Shown here: positions 25,548 through 34,784 of the stretch, one piece after another | How the letters are laid out: each line of letters opens with the position of its first letter | Position numbering within the stretch: the stretch's first letter is position 1 | From: Planctomycetia bacterium | Lineage (GTDB): Bacteria; Planctomycetota; PLA2; JAEUHO01 | Assembly: GCA_031401505.1 (NCBI GenBank) | Contig: JANNRO010000037.1 | Span: forward strand, 1 to 38,824 | Direction: 5' to 3' | DNA: 38,824 nucleotides | Translations under genes and position numbers: made by a program | Notes under the pieces: generated by a model | What the model saw: only the letters and a program-made list of their open reading frames with translations | The model's database searches: none | What the model was told of the DNA's origin: nothing

Positions 25548-27791
25548 TCAGGCGGGGCGCTTGACGAAGATGCCGGCGGCGAGGACGAGGGCCTCGATGC
25601 CCCAGAAGGCGAGCAGCCCCGTCCAGAGCCCGGCGGTGAAGCCGTAGGAGTGGAGTCCGACGCCGAGCAGGTTGACGCCCCACCACGAGAACACGACGAT
25701 CGCGCCGCACCCGATCGTGCCGAGCGCCACGCCCTGCGACTTCAAGAACCCCCCCATGCGGCCGTGGAGCACGGCGAGTTGGGCCAGCACGATCAGCAGC
25801 GCGCCGTTCTCCTTCGGATCCCAGCCCCAAAAGCGACCCCACGACTCGTTGGCCCAGATGCCGCCGAGGATCGTGCCGACCGTCGAGAAAACGAGCGCGA
25901 ACGCCAGCGTGCCGTACGTCGCCTTCGTGACATGGCGGTGGAAGTCCGCGTCGCCCTTCTTCCAGCCGAACAACTGCGCGAACACCTGCACGTGCGCGAT
26001 GCCGCTCGCGATCAGCGTCGCCGAGTACCCGATCGTGACGCACGTCACGTGGGTCGCGAGCCAGAAGTTCGTGTCGAGCACCGCCACCAACTGCGGCATC
26101 GGATCGTCGGCCGAGATCGTCTCGTATCGATTCGAGACGAAGAGCCCGAGCGTCCCGAAGAACGGCGCGAGCGCGAGCCCGAAGCCACGGCGATGGATCC
26201 GTTCGAGCACGGCGAAGCCCAATACGGCGAACGCCGAGATGAAGAGCGTCGTTTCGTAGAGCGTCGTCACCGGCGGACGAGAATGGAGTACGCAGCGGAG
26301 CACGATGCCCAGGACGTGGATCGCGAGCCCCGCCGACACGAACGCCCACGTCGCCCACACCACGAACCTCTGCCGCCACAGCCACGTGACGGCCACGAGC
26401 ACGAACGCCGCGAGGTAGAGGAGACGCGCCCAGAAGAACGGCTCCAGCCGGAGCAGGAACACCTCGAGCCCGATCTTCTCGTACTCGCCCCGCGCGGTCG
26501 CGCGCGCCATCGATCTCCCGTGGAAGTCCTGAAGCGCCCGCGTCGCCGCGGACATGTCGTCCGCCTCCGCGGCCGTCGAGAGCGCCTCGAGATCGCGCAG
26601 CATCGCCAGATGTCCGGGTTCGAGCCCGCCGCGCGTGAACGCCCGGTCGAACATCGTGCGCGGCGAGAGCCACGTCTCGTCGGAAGTCCGCGCGCCTTCG
26701 GGTGGAACCATCGACAGGAGGCGTCCATCGTCGAACGGCTCGCTCATCGCCGAGAGCAGCGCCAGTGCATCGCGCGCTCGGGCGGGCCCGGACTCGCGAC
26801 CGGCGGCGCGCAACTCCTCGAATGGCGGAAACGCTTTCGCCCGAGCGAGCAACGCGAGGGTGCGAAACGCCCGTACGTCCGGGATCGCCCCGCCCCGTTC
26901 CCGGAGCGCTTCGAGCCGCGCATGCACGTCGCTCGCCTGAACGAGCGGGTCGGCGCCGCGCATCTGCCCGAGACTCCAGAAGAGATCCGTCGCGCGCAGG
27001 GAGGGTGCCGCCTCGAAGATCGACGTCAGCGCTGCAACGCCGTCGCGCAGCCCATCGAAGTGCGCGAACACGTCGCTGGCCCGGACGGACTTCGCGGAAC
27101 CGAACAATTCGTGGAGCGTCGGGACGTGCTCGAGCGAAGCCTCGAACTTCGACGCATAGGACAGATGGACCAGATCGAGGAACGTCTGGATGTTGCCCGC
27201 GAGCGCGACGATTCCGCCCTCGACCGGCGATCGCTTCTTCGGATCGACGCGGGTTCTCGCATCCGGGGTCCCCTCGTAGGTGTCGGCCTTCTGCGACAGG
27301 GCGCGATGAACGGGCGCCAGATCGTGGTACGAGTAGCGATCGCGTTTCTTCTTCCCGTCCGCATGTCGGTAGCCGACCGCGTCGAGCACCTCCGACGTGT
27401 CGACGAGGAACACCTCGTACTTCGCGGCCTCCTCCGGACGGAACATCACGTCGAGCGCCCATTCGACGGGCTCGAGGGTCCGACCCGAGGAATCGACGAC
27501 GGACCCGCGGTGGTTCAGCCGCAGCAACGTGTAGCGCGCCCATTGCGCGAGCGGCATGACGCGGCCGGCTTCCTGAATCGGCAGCGACCTCGCGAGTTCG
27601 ACCACGGCAACGGGCCAACGGACGCGGGGGCCCGTCGGCGGCGGCGGCGTCGAGGCGTGCGCCGCCGTCGACTCGTCGGCGATCGTCGTGCGCACGACGC
27701 CCGCCGCGGCCGCGATCGTCAGCAGCAAGGCGCCGAGAACGACCAACGGGGCCCGCGTCCGACGCTCGGCGAGCAGTAGAGGGCGACTCAC
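25548..27791 (-). CDS. ccsA: cytochrome c biogenesis protein CcsA (system II heme exporter/lyase subunit) with long N-terminal extension
   Basis: 747 aa. GTG 27791 overlaps the resB TGA (GTGA). The C-terminal polytopic core carries the tryptophan-rich motif WANESWGRFWGWDPKENGALL and flanking His residues. The competing ORFs 25305..27779(+) and 25345..27822(-) are Arg/Pro-rich shadows. Confidence 0.9.
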   Translation of the reverse strand: MSRPLLLAERRTRAPLVVLGALLLTIAAAAGVVRTTIADESTAAHASTPPPPTGPRVRWPVAVVELARSLPIQEAGRVMPLAQWARYTLLRLNHRGSVVDSSGRTLEPVEWALDVMFRPEEAAKYEVFLVDTSEVLDAVGYRHADGKKKRDRYSYHDLAPVHRALSQKADTYEGTPDARTRVDPKKRSPVEGGIVALAGNIQTFLDLVHLSYASKFEASLEHVPTLHELFGSAKSVRASDVFAHFDGLRDGVAALTSIFEAAPSLRATDLFWSLGQMRGADPLVQASDVHARLEALRERGGAIPDVRAFRTLALLARAKAFPPFEELRAAGRESGPARARDALALLSAMSEPFDDGRLLSMVPPEGARTSDETWLSPRTMFDRAFTRGGLEPGHLAMLRDLEALSTAAEADDMSAATRALQDFHGRSMARATARGEYEKIGLEVFLLRLEPFFWARLLYLAAFVLVAVTWLWRQRFVVWATWAFVSAGLAIHVLGIVLRCVLHSRPPVTTLYETTLFISAFAVLGFAVLERIHRRGFGLALAPFFGTLGLFVSNRYETISADDPMPQLVAVLDTNFWLATHVTCVTIGYSATLIASGIAHVQVFAQLFGWKKGDADFHRHVTKATYGTLAFALVFSTVGTILGGIWANESWGRFWGWDPKENGALLIVLAQLAVLHGRMGGFLKSQGVALGTIGCGAIVVFSWWGVNLLGVGLHSYGFTAGLWTGLLAFWGIEALVLAAGIFVKRPA

Positions 27792-29011
27792 GACGTGCTC
27801 CCGGCGGGCACCGCGGCCTCACTCGCTTCGAGCGCGCGTCGAAGCCGGAGTTTCGACTCGGCGTCGAGGTAGCGCAGGAGGCGCAGCCCGAAGTGGATCA
27901 TCATGCCGATGCCGATGACCGAGCACGCGATGATCGGCACGCGATCGGACGGGTTGTAGACGACCGCGAACGTGGACGTCGGGCCCCGCTCCGGGTCGAT
28001 CTCGTAGCCCGACTGGTAGAAGATCATGCCCTTCCAGCGCAGCGGCTCGTTCATCGTGATGTGGACGTCGCGCGAGACGCCGCCGTCGTTGACGGTCACG
28101 AACGACGAGAAGCGCCGGAACATGCCGGTCCCCGGGTGCTTCTCTCCGATCGTTCGGTCGAGTCTCGTCTCGAAGGGGACCGGCCACGAGCGACGGACCA
28201 ACGCGAGATGAAAAGACACGCCTTCGAACTCGGCGCTCCACGCGTAGGCGCCGCTGCGATGGGTCAGGTACCCGCGATCGGAACCGAGCAGGTACCCGCG
28301 CGTCCGTGCGGATCCCGCGCCCGATCCCTTCGCGACGACCGACGCCACGACGGCGGGAATGTTCGCCTCTCCGTCGAGCGTCGTGGACGCGATCGAGACC
28401 AATTCCATCCCGTCGATGCCCGCGCCCGAAGAGCGCGCCGGGCGAACGTCGGCGTTGCGGGCGTAGCCGGTGAGGAGGACGTCGAACGGCAGATCGGGCG
28501 CCGTGACACGGACGGTGCGTCCGTCGGTCGCGCGAGCGACCCGCTCGGCCGGGACGAACCACTGCCGTTCGAGCTTCGGATCCGGGTCCGCGCGCTCGAT
28601 CACGACGTCCCAGTCGTCGTAGCTGCGGAACCGATCGCCGCTCTCCGCCTCGAAGAGCTTGATGAACCCCTTCTGCGAGTACCGGTACTCGACGAAGCCT
28701 CCGACGAGCAGCATGAGAATGCCCACGTGGACGACGATGACGCCGACCGTCGCGGTCTTCCAGCGGATGCGCAGCAGCCCGCCGATCGTCAGATTGAGGA
28801 ACAAGAGGCCCAGGAGCAGCGCCCCGCCCGGGAAGGGAACGGGCGTCGTGAAGAAGAGCGACGAGAAGTACTTCCGCTGGACCTCGTAGAGGCTCATGTG
28901 CTGCTGCTCGAGCGTGCCCACGAGCACGACCACGAGCAGCATGACGAACAGCGTGCACGCGAGGTGGAACGACGCGAACGCGAGGACGATGCGTTCGAGC
29001 ACCCGCCTCAC
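27788..29011 (-). CDS. resB: cytochrome c biogenesis protein ResB/Ccs1
   Basis: In frame in ORF 27788..30013. GTG 29011 overlaps the upstream TGA (GTGA); an alternative GTG lies at 29002. N-terminus is VRRVLERIVLAFASFHLACTLFVMLLVVVLVGTLEQ, the second TM is GGALLLGLLFLNLTIGGLLR, and the C-terminus is GMIFYQSGYEI...VYNPSDRVPIIACSVIGIGMMIHF. Confidence 0.8.
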   Translation of the reverse strand: MRRVLERIVLAFASFHLACTLFVMLLVVVLVGTLEQQHMSLYEVQRKYFSSLFFTTPVPFPGGALLLGLLFLNLTIGGLLRIRWKTATVGVIVVHVGILMLLVGGFVEYRYSQKGFIKLFEAESGDRFRSYDDWDVVIERADPDPKLERQWFVPAERVARATDGRTVRVTAPDLPFDVLLTGYARNADVRPARSSGAGIDGMELVSIASTTLDGEANIPAVVASVVAKGSGAGSARTRGYLLGSDRGYLTHRSGAYAWSAEFEGVSFHLALVRRSWPVPFETRLDRTIGEKHPGTGMFRRFSSFVTVNDGGVSRDVHITMNEPLRWKGMIFYQSGYEIDPERGPTSTFAVVYNPSDRVPIIACSVIGIGMMIHFGLRLLRYLDAESKLRLRRALEASEAAVPAGSTS

Positions 29012-30237
29012 TTGACACCGTCCGTCGATTCGAGCGATGCAACGAAGGCATCGAAGGCGGAACGGAGTTTCGCGACGTCGGACGCGGGCCCCGTCGCCTT
29101 CACGAAGACGACGTCGTTCTCTCGCTCGATGATCGCGCCCCGCATCGTCGCGTTCTCCGTCGTCTTTCCGCCCATCGACGTGTACGTGCCGTCGATCGAG
29201 ACGATGACGGCCTTCGTGCCCAGCGACGGGACTCGCGGCAAGGCCGCGATCTCGTCGGCCGAGAGCGCGGGCCGTCCCATCTGTCCCTGCCAGCGATTGA
29301 GGTTCGCTTCGAGTCCGCCGGAGTTCTTGGACAGAATCGTCAGCGAGATGTCGACGTCGGGAGCGATATCGACGACGAGGGTCGCCGCGCGCATGGAGGA
29401 GCCGTTCGCCAGGTGCGACCATCCGGCCGGCCACTTCCATCGAAGGCCATTGGCCTCTCCGGTCGATCCAGCGACCGGCGCCGCCTTCGTCGGTGCCGGT
29501 GTCGGCGTGGGTGTCGGTGTGGGCGCGGGTGTCGGCCCGGGTGGGGGCGGCGGATCGCGAGGTGCTTCCGACGTCGGAGACGCCGCCGCTGCACCGGCCA
29601 TTCGAATCGAGGCGCAGAACGCGTCGAATCGCGCCGCTTCGGCGTCGACGACCTTCGCCGGGCCGACCAGTTTCACGAACACCGAAGCCGCCGGCAGGAG
29701 ACGGACGACGCCGACCAGTTTCGCGTCGCCGAGGTCCTTCGATCCGCGCATGCCGACGTAGTGCCCCGCCAACTCGACGAGCGTGCCGTCCCCTCCAAGC
29801 AGCGTCTTCTTGGGCATCGAGGCGAGCGCCGCGGCCTCGACCGGGTCCAGGCTCATCTGCTGGCGCCAGCGATTGACGTTGTCGAGCACTCCGCCCGTGT
29901 CGCCCGCGAACACGGCCAGCGTGCACTCGGCGTTCGCGTCGCCGCCGACCTGGAAGCCGACCAATCGCATCTCGACCGGGGGGAGTTCCTTCCATTCGCC
30001 GGGCGCCGTCCAATCGAGCATGGGGCGGCCGGCGGGATCACCGACCGGCTTTCGCATGACGAAACCGAGGCGCTCGGCCGGAGATGCGCCCTTCGGAGCC
30101 GGGGTCAGTTTCTCGACCACGGGCTGTCCCGCGCCGACATCGACGACCTCTTCCTCCTTGCCGCAGGCCGCAACCGCGCACAAAACGACGAGGCCGAGGA
30201 CCGTGGAAGCGCGGTACGTGGACTTCGGGAGGCGCAT
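29008..30237 (-). CDS. lipoprotein of unknown function with two homologous domains joined by a Pro/Thr-rich linker
   Basis: ATG 30237 is in frame in ORF 29008..31539. Lipobox is LGLVVLCAVAAC/G. Domain 1 is about aa 74-212 and domain 2 about aa 265-402. They share W..P.GW...MR...GG...N.NRW..QM...VFVK..GP...V...FDAF.AS. The linker is PPPPPGPTPAPTPTPTPTPAPT. Confidence 0.7.
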   Translation of the reverse strand: MRLPKSTYRASTVLGLVVLCAVAACGKEEEVVDVGAGQPVVEKLTPAPKGASPAERLGFVMRKPVGDPAGRPMLDWTAPGEWKELPPVEMRLVGFQVGGDANAECTLAVFAGDTGGVLDNVNRWRQQMSLDPVEAAALASMPKKTLLGGDGTLVELAGHYVGMRGSKDLGDAKLVGVVRLLPAASVFVKLVGPAKVVDAEAARFDAFCASIRMAGAAAASPTSEAPRDPPPPPGPTPAPTPTPTPTPAPTKAAPVAGSTGEANGLRWKWPAGWSHLANGSSMRAATLVVDIAPDVDISLTILSKNSGGLEANLNRWQGQMGRPALSADEIAALPRVPSLGTKAVIVSIDGTYTSMGGKTTENATMRGAIIERENDVVFVKATGPASDVAKLRSAFDAFVASLESTDGVK

Positions 30238-30320
30238 GAGCGGATTCCGGGGAAGTGCTCGGGCGAAACGCAAGCCGAACGACCGGACAAGGACAGAACG
30301 CGATCGTAGCCGCGTCCTTC

Positions 30321-31610
30321 CTACCCGGTGCCGGATCGCGAGGAGCGCGAGGTCGTCTTCCATGTTGCAAACGCCTCGCTCGCGACCTCGCGCCAGGAGA
30401 CGCCCGCTCGCACGGCCGCCAGCCGGCATTCCTCGTACTCCGGCGTGCCTTCTTCGCCAGCGGGGGTCTCTCTCACCTTCACGTGGACCGGGCCGTAACT
30501 CGTCGTCACCTGAACGAGACGCCGCGGGAGCACGCGCCGCTCGACGGTGCGGCGGCGAATCCCGAGCGTCGGTGTCTCGAAGAGGATCAAGTCTTCGAGC
30601 GCCGCCGCGTTCGCGGGTTCGGCGAGCATCGAGAGCACGACGCCCGGCCGCCCCTTCTTCATGGTGCAGGGAACCGCCCACGCATCGAGCGCACCGGCGG
30701 CCAGCGCCTTCTCGATGGCGTGGCCGATCTCCTGCCCGGTCGCATCGTCGAGATTGGTCTCGAGCAGCACGGCGTCGGTCGGAGACGCGAGGACGCCGAC
30801 GTCCCCGAGTACCAGGCGCACGACGTTGGGGAGACGCCCGCCCGGGTGATCGCCCGCGCCGACGCCCGTGCGACGGGGCACGAATCCGACGGGTGGCAGA
30901 TGCCCCCGCGACAACGCTTTGACGAGCGCCGCACCGGTGGGCGTCACCTGTTCGAACGTCTCGCCCGATGGATAGGTCGGATGACCCGCCATCAGCAACG
31001 CGACGGCGGGTGCCGGCAGCGGCAGTTCTCCGTGCGCCATGCGCGCGCGCCCCGTGAACCAGGGCAGCGCCGACGCCCTCACCTCGCGCACGCCGAGTCG
31101 TGCGAGACCGACGCAGGTACCGACGATGTCGACGAGCGCGTCCGCGGCCCCCACTTCGTGGAAGTGAACCTCTTCGGGCGCGATGCCGTGGACGCGGCCC
31201 TCGGCCTGCGCCAGCAGCGTGAACGTGCGCACCGCGTCGGCCAAGGCCTCGGCGGGCAGCCCTTTCGCCGCGCGGATCAACTTCAAGACGTCCGCCAGGC
31301 GCCGGTGCTCGTGGGCGTGCCCGTGCGGATGATCGGCGCCGTGGACGTGCGGGTGATCGTGACCGTGATCGTGGCCGTGATCTGGCGCGTCGGGCAACAG
31401 CACGTCCACCTTCGTGGCGGCCAGCGCGCCCTTCGAAACGGTCCGCGCGCGCACGCGCACACCCGCAAGACCCAATGCCGAGACCACCTCCTCGAGCGCC
31501 GCGATCGGCAGCCCGGCGTCCACCAGCGCGCCCAGACACATGTCGCCCGCGACACCGGCCGAGACGTCGAGGAACGCGACGGTCGTCACGCCGGACGCGG
31601 GTCCCGTCAC
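30321..31610 (-). CDS. larC: LarC-family nickel insertion protein (pyridinium-3,5-bisthiocarboxylate mononucleotide nickel chelatase, DUF111)
   Basis: In frame in ORF 30321..33245. GTG 31610 overlaps the lipA TGA (GTGA); an alternative GTG lies at 31589. It has [22 protein letters not shown], the His-rich tract [41 protein letters not shown], and [12 protein letters not shown]...MKKGRPG. Confidence 0.85.
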   Translation of the reverse strand: MTGPASGVTTVAFLDVSAGVAGDMCLGALVDAGLPIAALEEVVSALGLAGVRVRARTVSKGALAATKVDVLLPDAPDHGHDHGHDHPHVHGADHPHGHAHEHRRLADVLKLIRAAKGLPAEALADAVRTFTLLAQAEGRVHGIAPEEVHFHEVGAADALVDIVGTCVGLARLGVREVRASALPWFTGRARMAHGELPLPAPAVALLMAGHPTYPSGETFEQVTPTGAALVKALSRGHLPPVGFVPRRTGVGAGDHPGGRLPNVVRLVLGDVGVLASPTDAVLLETNLDDATGQEIGHAIEKALAAGALDAWAVPCTMKKGRPGVVLSMLAEPANAAALEDLILFETPTLGIRRRTVERRVLPRRLVQVTTSYGPVHVKVRETPAGEEGTPEYEECRLAAVRAGVSWREVASEAFATWKTTSRSSRSGTG

Positions 31611-32506
31611 GAGCCCGCCCCCGACGGAGCGCCGATCGCGGCGTAGACCTCGGCCGCGTTGTACGACGAGCGCACGAAGGGACCGCTCGCGACCGAAAGG
31701 AAACCGAGCGAGCGACCGACGCGCCCCCACTCGTCGAACTCCTCGGGCGGCACGTAGCGCTCGACGGGCAGCTGCGCGAGCGACGGGCGTAGATATTGCC
31801 CGAGCGTCAGGATGTCGACGTTGGCCGCACGCAGATCGACGAGCACCTGGCGCAGGTCGTCGGCCGACTCGCCAAGCCCCAGCATGAGTCCCGACTTCGT
31901 GTAGACGCGCGGGTCGCGCTCCTTGACCCGGCGGAGCAGATCGAGGCTGCGGTCGTACCTGGCGCCCGGGCGCACGCGCGCGTAGAGCGCAGGCACCGTT
32001 TCGGTGTTGTGGTTGAAGATGTGCGGCTTCGCGTCGGTGACGATGTCGATGGCCGACACCTCCCCGCGGAAATCCGGCGTCAGGACTTCGATGACGGCCT
32101 TCGGCAGCGCCTTGCGGAGCTCGTCGATCGTGCGCGCGAAATGCCCGGCGCCCTGATCGGGCAGCTCGTCGCGATCGACGCTCGTCACGACGATGTGATG
32201 GAGTCCCATGCGCCGGGCCGCCTCGGCGACGCGCGCGGGCTCGGCCTCGTCGATCGGCAGCGGCTTGCCCTTGGGCACCGTGCAGAAGCGGCAGGTGCGC
32301 GTGCAGATGTCGCCGAGAATCATGAACGTCGCGGCCTTCCTCGACCAGCACTCGTTCATGTTGGGACAGCGCGCGCTCTGGCAGACCGTGTGCAAGTCGA
32401 GGTCGTTGACGAGGTCGCGGACCTCCTTCGTGGCGTCGCCGTTGGGCAGGCGCTTCTTCAACCACGGGGCGAGGCGTTCGCGGGGAGCGGTCGGGTCCTT
32501 GAGCAC
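31607..32506 (-). CDS. lipA: lipoyl synthase
   Basis: 299 aa with GTG start. It has the auxiliary cluster motif [12 protein letters not shown], the radical-SAM CTRTCRFC motif, and LMLGLGE and RSSY near the C-terminus. Confidence 0.95.
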   Translation of the reverse strand: MLKDPTAPRERLAPWLKKRLPNGDATKEVRDLVNDLDLHTVCQSARCPNMNECWSRKAATFMILGDICTRTCRFCTVPKGKPLPIDEAEPARVAEAARRMGLHHIVVTSVDRDELPDQGAGHFARTIDELRKALPKAVIEVLTPDFRGEVSAIDIVTDAKPHIFNHNTETVPALYARVRPGARYDRSLDLLRRVKERDPRVYTKSGLMLGLGESADDLRQVLVDLRAANVDILTLGQYLRPSLAQLPVERYVPPEEFDEWGRVGRSLGFLSVASGPFVRSSYNAAEVYAAIGAPSGAGS

Positions 32507-32515
32507 GAGTCGATC

Positions 32516-33745
32516 CTACTTCGCGAGCGGGCGGCGGCGAGCGCCGGACGAAGGCGCGGCGCCTTCCCCGCGATAGAGCGCGGCCAACCGATCGATCGGT
32601 CGATCCCATCGCTCGACGAGGGTCTCGCGCGGGAACCGCGCGTCGGACCCGGGTCCCGTCCGCCGAACGACCGACGTCATCGCGTGCGCGAGGGCCTCGG
32701 CGTCGCCGGGCGGCACGAGCGCGCCCGGACCGCCGGCGGGCACGAGATCGGGCACGCCACCGACGGCCGTCGCGACGACGAAGCGTCCGAGCGCTTGCGC
32801 CTCGAGGATCGCGATCGGCGTGCCTTCGCTCCTCGACGACAGGACGAGCGCGTCGCACGCTCCGACGACCAGCGCCGAATCGGCGACGGGACCGACGTCG
32901 GACACGTGTGCTCCGATTCCGAGGGCCGACACGCGCGCATTGACCTCGACGCGAAGCGGGCCGTCGCCCGCGAGCCACAGGCGCAGCGACGGTCGGGACC
33001 TCGACGCGCGGGCGAACGCCTCGATCAGTCCGAGCGAATCCTTGACGGGGGTATGTCGCCCGAGCCAGAGGAGCACGGTCTCGTCGGGTTGCGCATGTCG
33101 CGCGCGCCAGGCCTCGCACGCGTCGGCCGTCGCCCGGCTTCGAAACGCGGGGACGTCGATCACGGGCCCGATCACGACGACGCGCGCGGCGGGCACGATC
33201 CGATGTCGTTCGACGACGTCGTCCCGCTGTCTCGCCGAGAGACAAATGGCGCGCGAGGTCAACCGCGCGAGGCGTCGCTCGGCAAAGCGCGCCGCCAACC
33301 CCGCGACGCCGCCCGCGTCGAAGTGGTGCCCGTGAAACGTGTGGACGACGAGCGGCACGCGGGCGAGCAGGGCCGCAACCCGACCGATCGCCCCGGCCTT
33401 CGCGGTGTGCGTGTGAACGACGTCCGGGCGCATCCGACGCAGGTACGCGACGAGGAAGTCGAGCGCCCGCGCATCGGCGGCCGGATCGATGCCCCGCGAG
33501 AGACCGGGAACGCGCACCACCCGGGCGCCGGTCGCGAGCAGGTCGGCGGTGCCGTCGTCCTCGCCATCGGGCACGGCACCGACGAGCACCGGTCCGTCGA
33601 TCCCGCGCGCGGCGAGCCCCGGCACGATCGCCTGGAGTTGTCGCAGCGGTCCGCCGCGATTCAACCGCGTGATCACGCGAACGACGCGCAACGGGCGGTC
33701 AACTCGCGAGCGAGCGCACGACGTCGTGAAACGCCGTGATCGCAC
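32516..33745 (-). CDS. GT4-family (GT-B fold) glycosyltransferase (start uncertain; GTG 33745 overlaps ltaE, TTG 33691 is an alternative)
   Basis: It has [13 protein letters not shown]...[11 protein letters not shown]...VHTFHGHHF, and [29 protein letters not shown] in the C-terminal half (the E-x7-E-like sugar-donor motif region). Confidence 0.8.
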   Translation of the reverse strand: MRSRRFTTSCARSRVDRPLRVVRVITRLNRGGPLRQLQAIVPGLAARGIDGPVLVGAVPDGEDDGTADLLATGARVVRVPGLSRGIDPAADARALDFLVAYLRRMRPDVVHTHTAKAGAIGRVAALLARVPLVVHTFHGHHFDAGGVAGLAARFAERRLARLTSRAICLSARQRDDVVERHRIVPAARVVVIGPVIDVPAFRSRATADACEAWRARHAQPDETVLLWLGRHTPVKDSLGLIEAFARASRSRPSLRLWLAGDGPLRVEVNARVSALGIGAHVSDVGPVADSALVVGACDALVLSSRSEGTPIAILEAQALGRFVVATAVGGVPDLVPAGGPGALVPPGDAEALAHAMTSVVRRTGPGSDARFPRETLVERWDRPIDRLAALYRGEGAAPSSGARRRPLAK

Positions 33746-34742
33746 GCGTGACGTCGGCGTCGTCGACGTCGTAGTGCGTCACGAAGCGCAGTCGATCGGG
33801 GCCGGCGGGAAGCGCCAGCACCTGACGCGCCTTCAACGCCTCGGTGATCACCTTCGGATCGAGCCCCTCCGTGCGCACGATCACGATGTTCGTGTCGGGC
33901 GGGCCGCCGGGGAGCGTCGTCCGCATCGCCTCGCACAGCCCCATCGAGAGCGTCTGCGCCCGGCGGTGGTCTTCGACCAGCCGCGCGCGGTTCTCGCGCA
34001 GCGCGAGCAACGCCGGGGCCGCGAGCACGCCGACCTGCCGCATGCCGCCGCCGAGCAGTTTCCTGACGCCGCGCGCCTTGGCGACGAACGCCTTGTCGCC
34101 GACGAGCAGCGATCCGACGGGCGCGCCCAGTCCCTTCGAGAGGCAGACCGTGATCGAGTCGGCGACGCGACCGTACTCGGACAACGGCGTGTTGGACGCG
34201 ACCGACGCGTTCCAAAGACGAGCCCCGTCCATGTGGACCGCGGCGTTTCGCTCCTTCGCCACCGCGTAGACCCGCCGCAGATGATCGATCGACACGACGG
34301 CGCCGCCGTGGAAGTTGTGCGTGTTCTCGACGATCACGAGCCCGCAACGGGGTCGGAAACCGCCCTCCTCGCGCAGCGTGGCGCGTACCGCATCGGGATC
34401 GAGGGCGCCCCGGATGCTCGAGAGCGGCCTCGGCATGACGCCCGAGAGCGCCGCCATTCCGGCCAGTTCCCAGTCGTACGTGTGCGACTGCGCCTCGACG
34501 CAGATCTCTTCCCCCGGATGCGTATGGAGCCGGATCGCGATCTGATTGCCCTGACAGCCGGTCGGGACGAAGAGCGACGCCTCCATGCCGAGCAGCCGCG
34601 CGGCCTCCGCCTCGAGTTTGATGACGGTCGGGTCTTCGCCGAACACGTCGTCGCCGACGACGGCCTCGGCCATCGCCCGGCGCATCGCGGGCGTCGGCCG
34701 TGTGACGGTGTCGCTGCGGAAGTCGGCGGTTTCGTGGGGCAT
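33699..34742 (-). CDS. ltaE: low-specificity L-threonine aldolase (beta-eliminating lyase family)
   Basis: 347 aa. [19 protein letters not shown]...[14 protein letters not shown]...[12 protein letters not shown]...[13 protein letters not shown] carries the PLP lysine in SKGLG. Confidence 0.85.
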   Translation of the reverse strand: MPHETADFRSDTVTRPTPAMRRAMAEAVVGDDVFGEDPTVIKLEAEAARLLGMEASLFVPTGCQGNQIAIRLHTHPGEEICVEAQSHTYDWELAGMAALSGVMPRPLSSIRGALDPDAVRATLREEGGFRPRCGLVIVENTHNFHGGAVVSIDHLRRVYAVAKERNAAVHMDGARLWNASVASNTPLSEYGRVADSITVCLSKGLGAPVGSLLVGDKAFVAKARGVRKLLGGGMRQVGVLAAPALLALRENRARLVEDHRRAQTLSMGLCEAMRTTLPGGPPDTNIVIVRTEGLDPKVITEALKARQVLALPAGPDRLRFVTHYDVDDADVTRAITAFHDVVRSLAS

Positions 34743-34784
34743 CTGGGCGGTTCGGGGGCGACCCGGGGCGTTCGAGGCGCCGTT

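Noticed and set aside
25305-27822. Two ~825-aa ORFs (25305..27779 + and 25345..27822 -) overlapping ccsA
   Set aside because: Both have extreme Arg/Pro/Gly composition without motifs. The third frame (25548..27791 -) has hydrophobic TM segments and the CcsA WGWDPKE motif.
29491-29545. Hexamer-like DNA periodicity (GGTGTC/GGCGTG...) and the similar GTGATCGTG periodicity near 31310-31390
   Set aside because: Both are explained by coding low-complexity tracts: the Pro-Thr/Pro-Ala linker of the lipoprotein and the His-rich tract of LarC. They are not independent repeat elements.
29008-33245. Very long track ORFs 29008..31539 (843 aa) and 30321..33245 (974 aa)
   Set aside because: Only their 3' parts are real genes (lipoprotein from ATG 30237; larC from GTG 31610). 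The upstream portions overlap larC, lipA and the glycosyltransferase in wrong frames.
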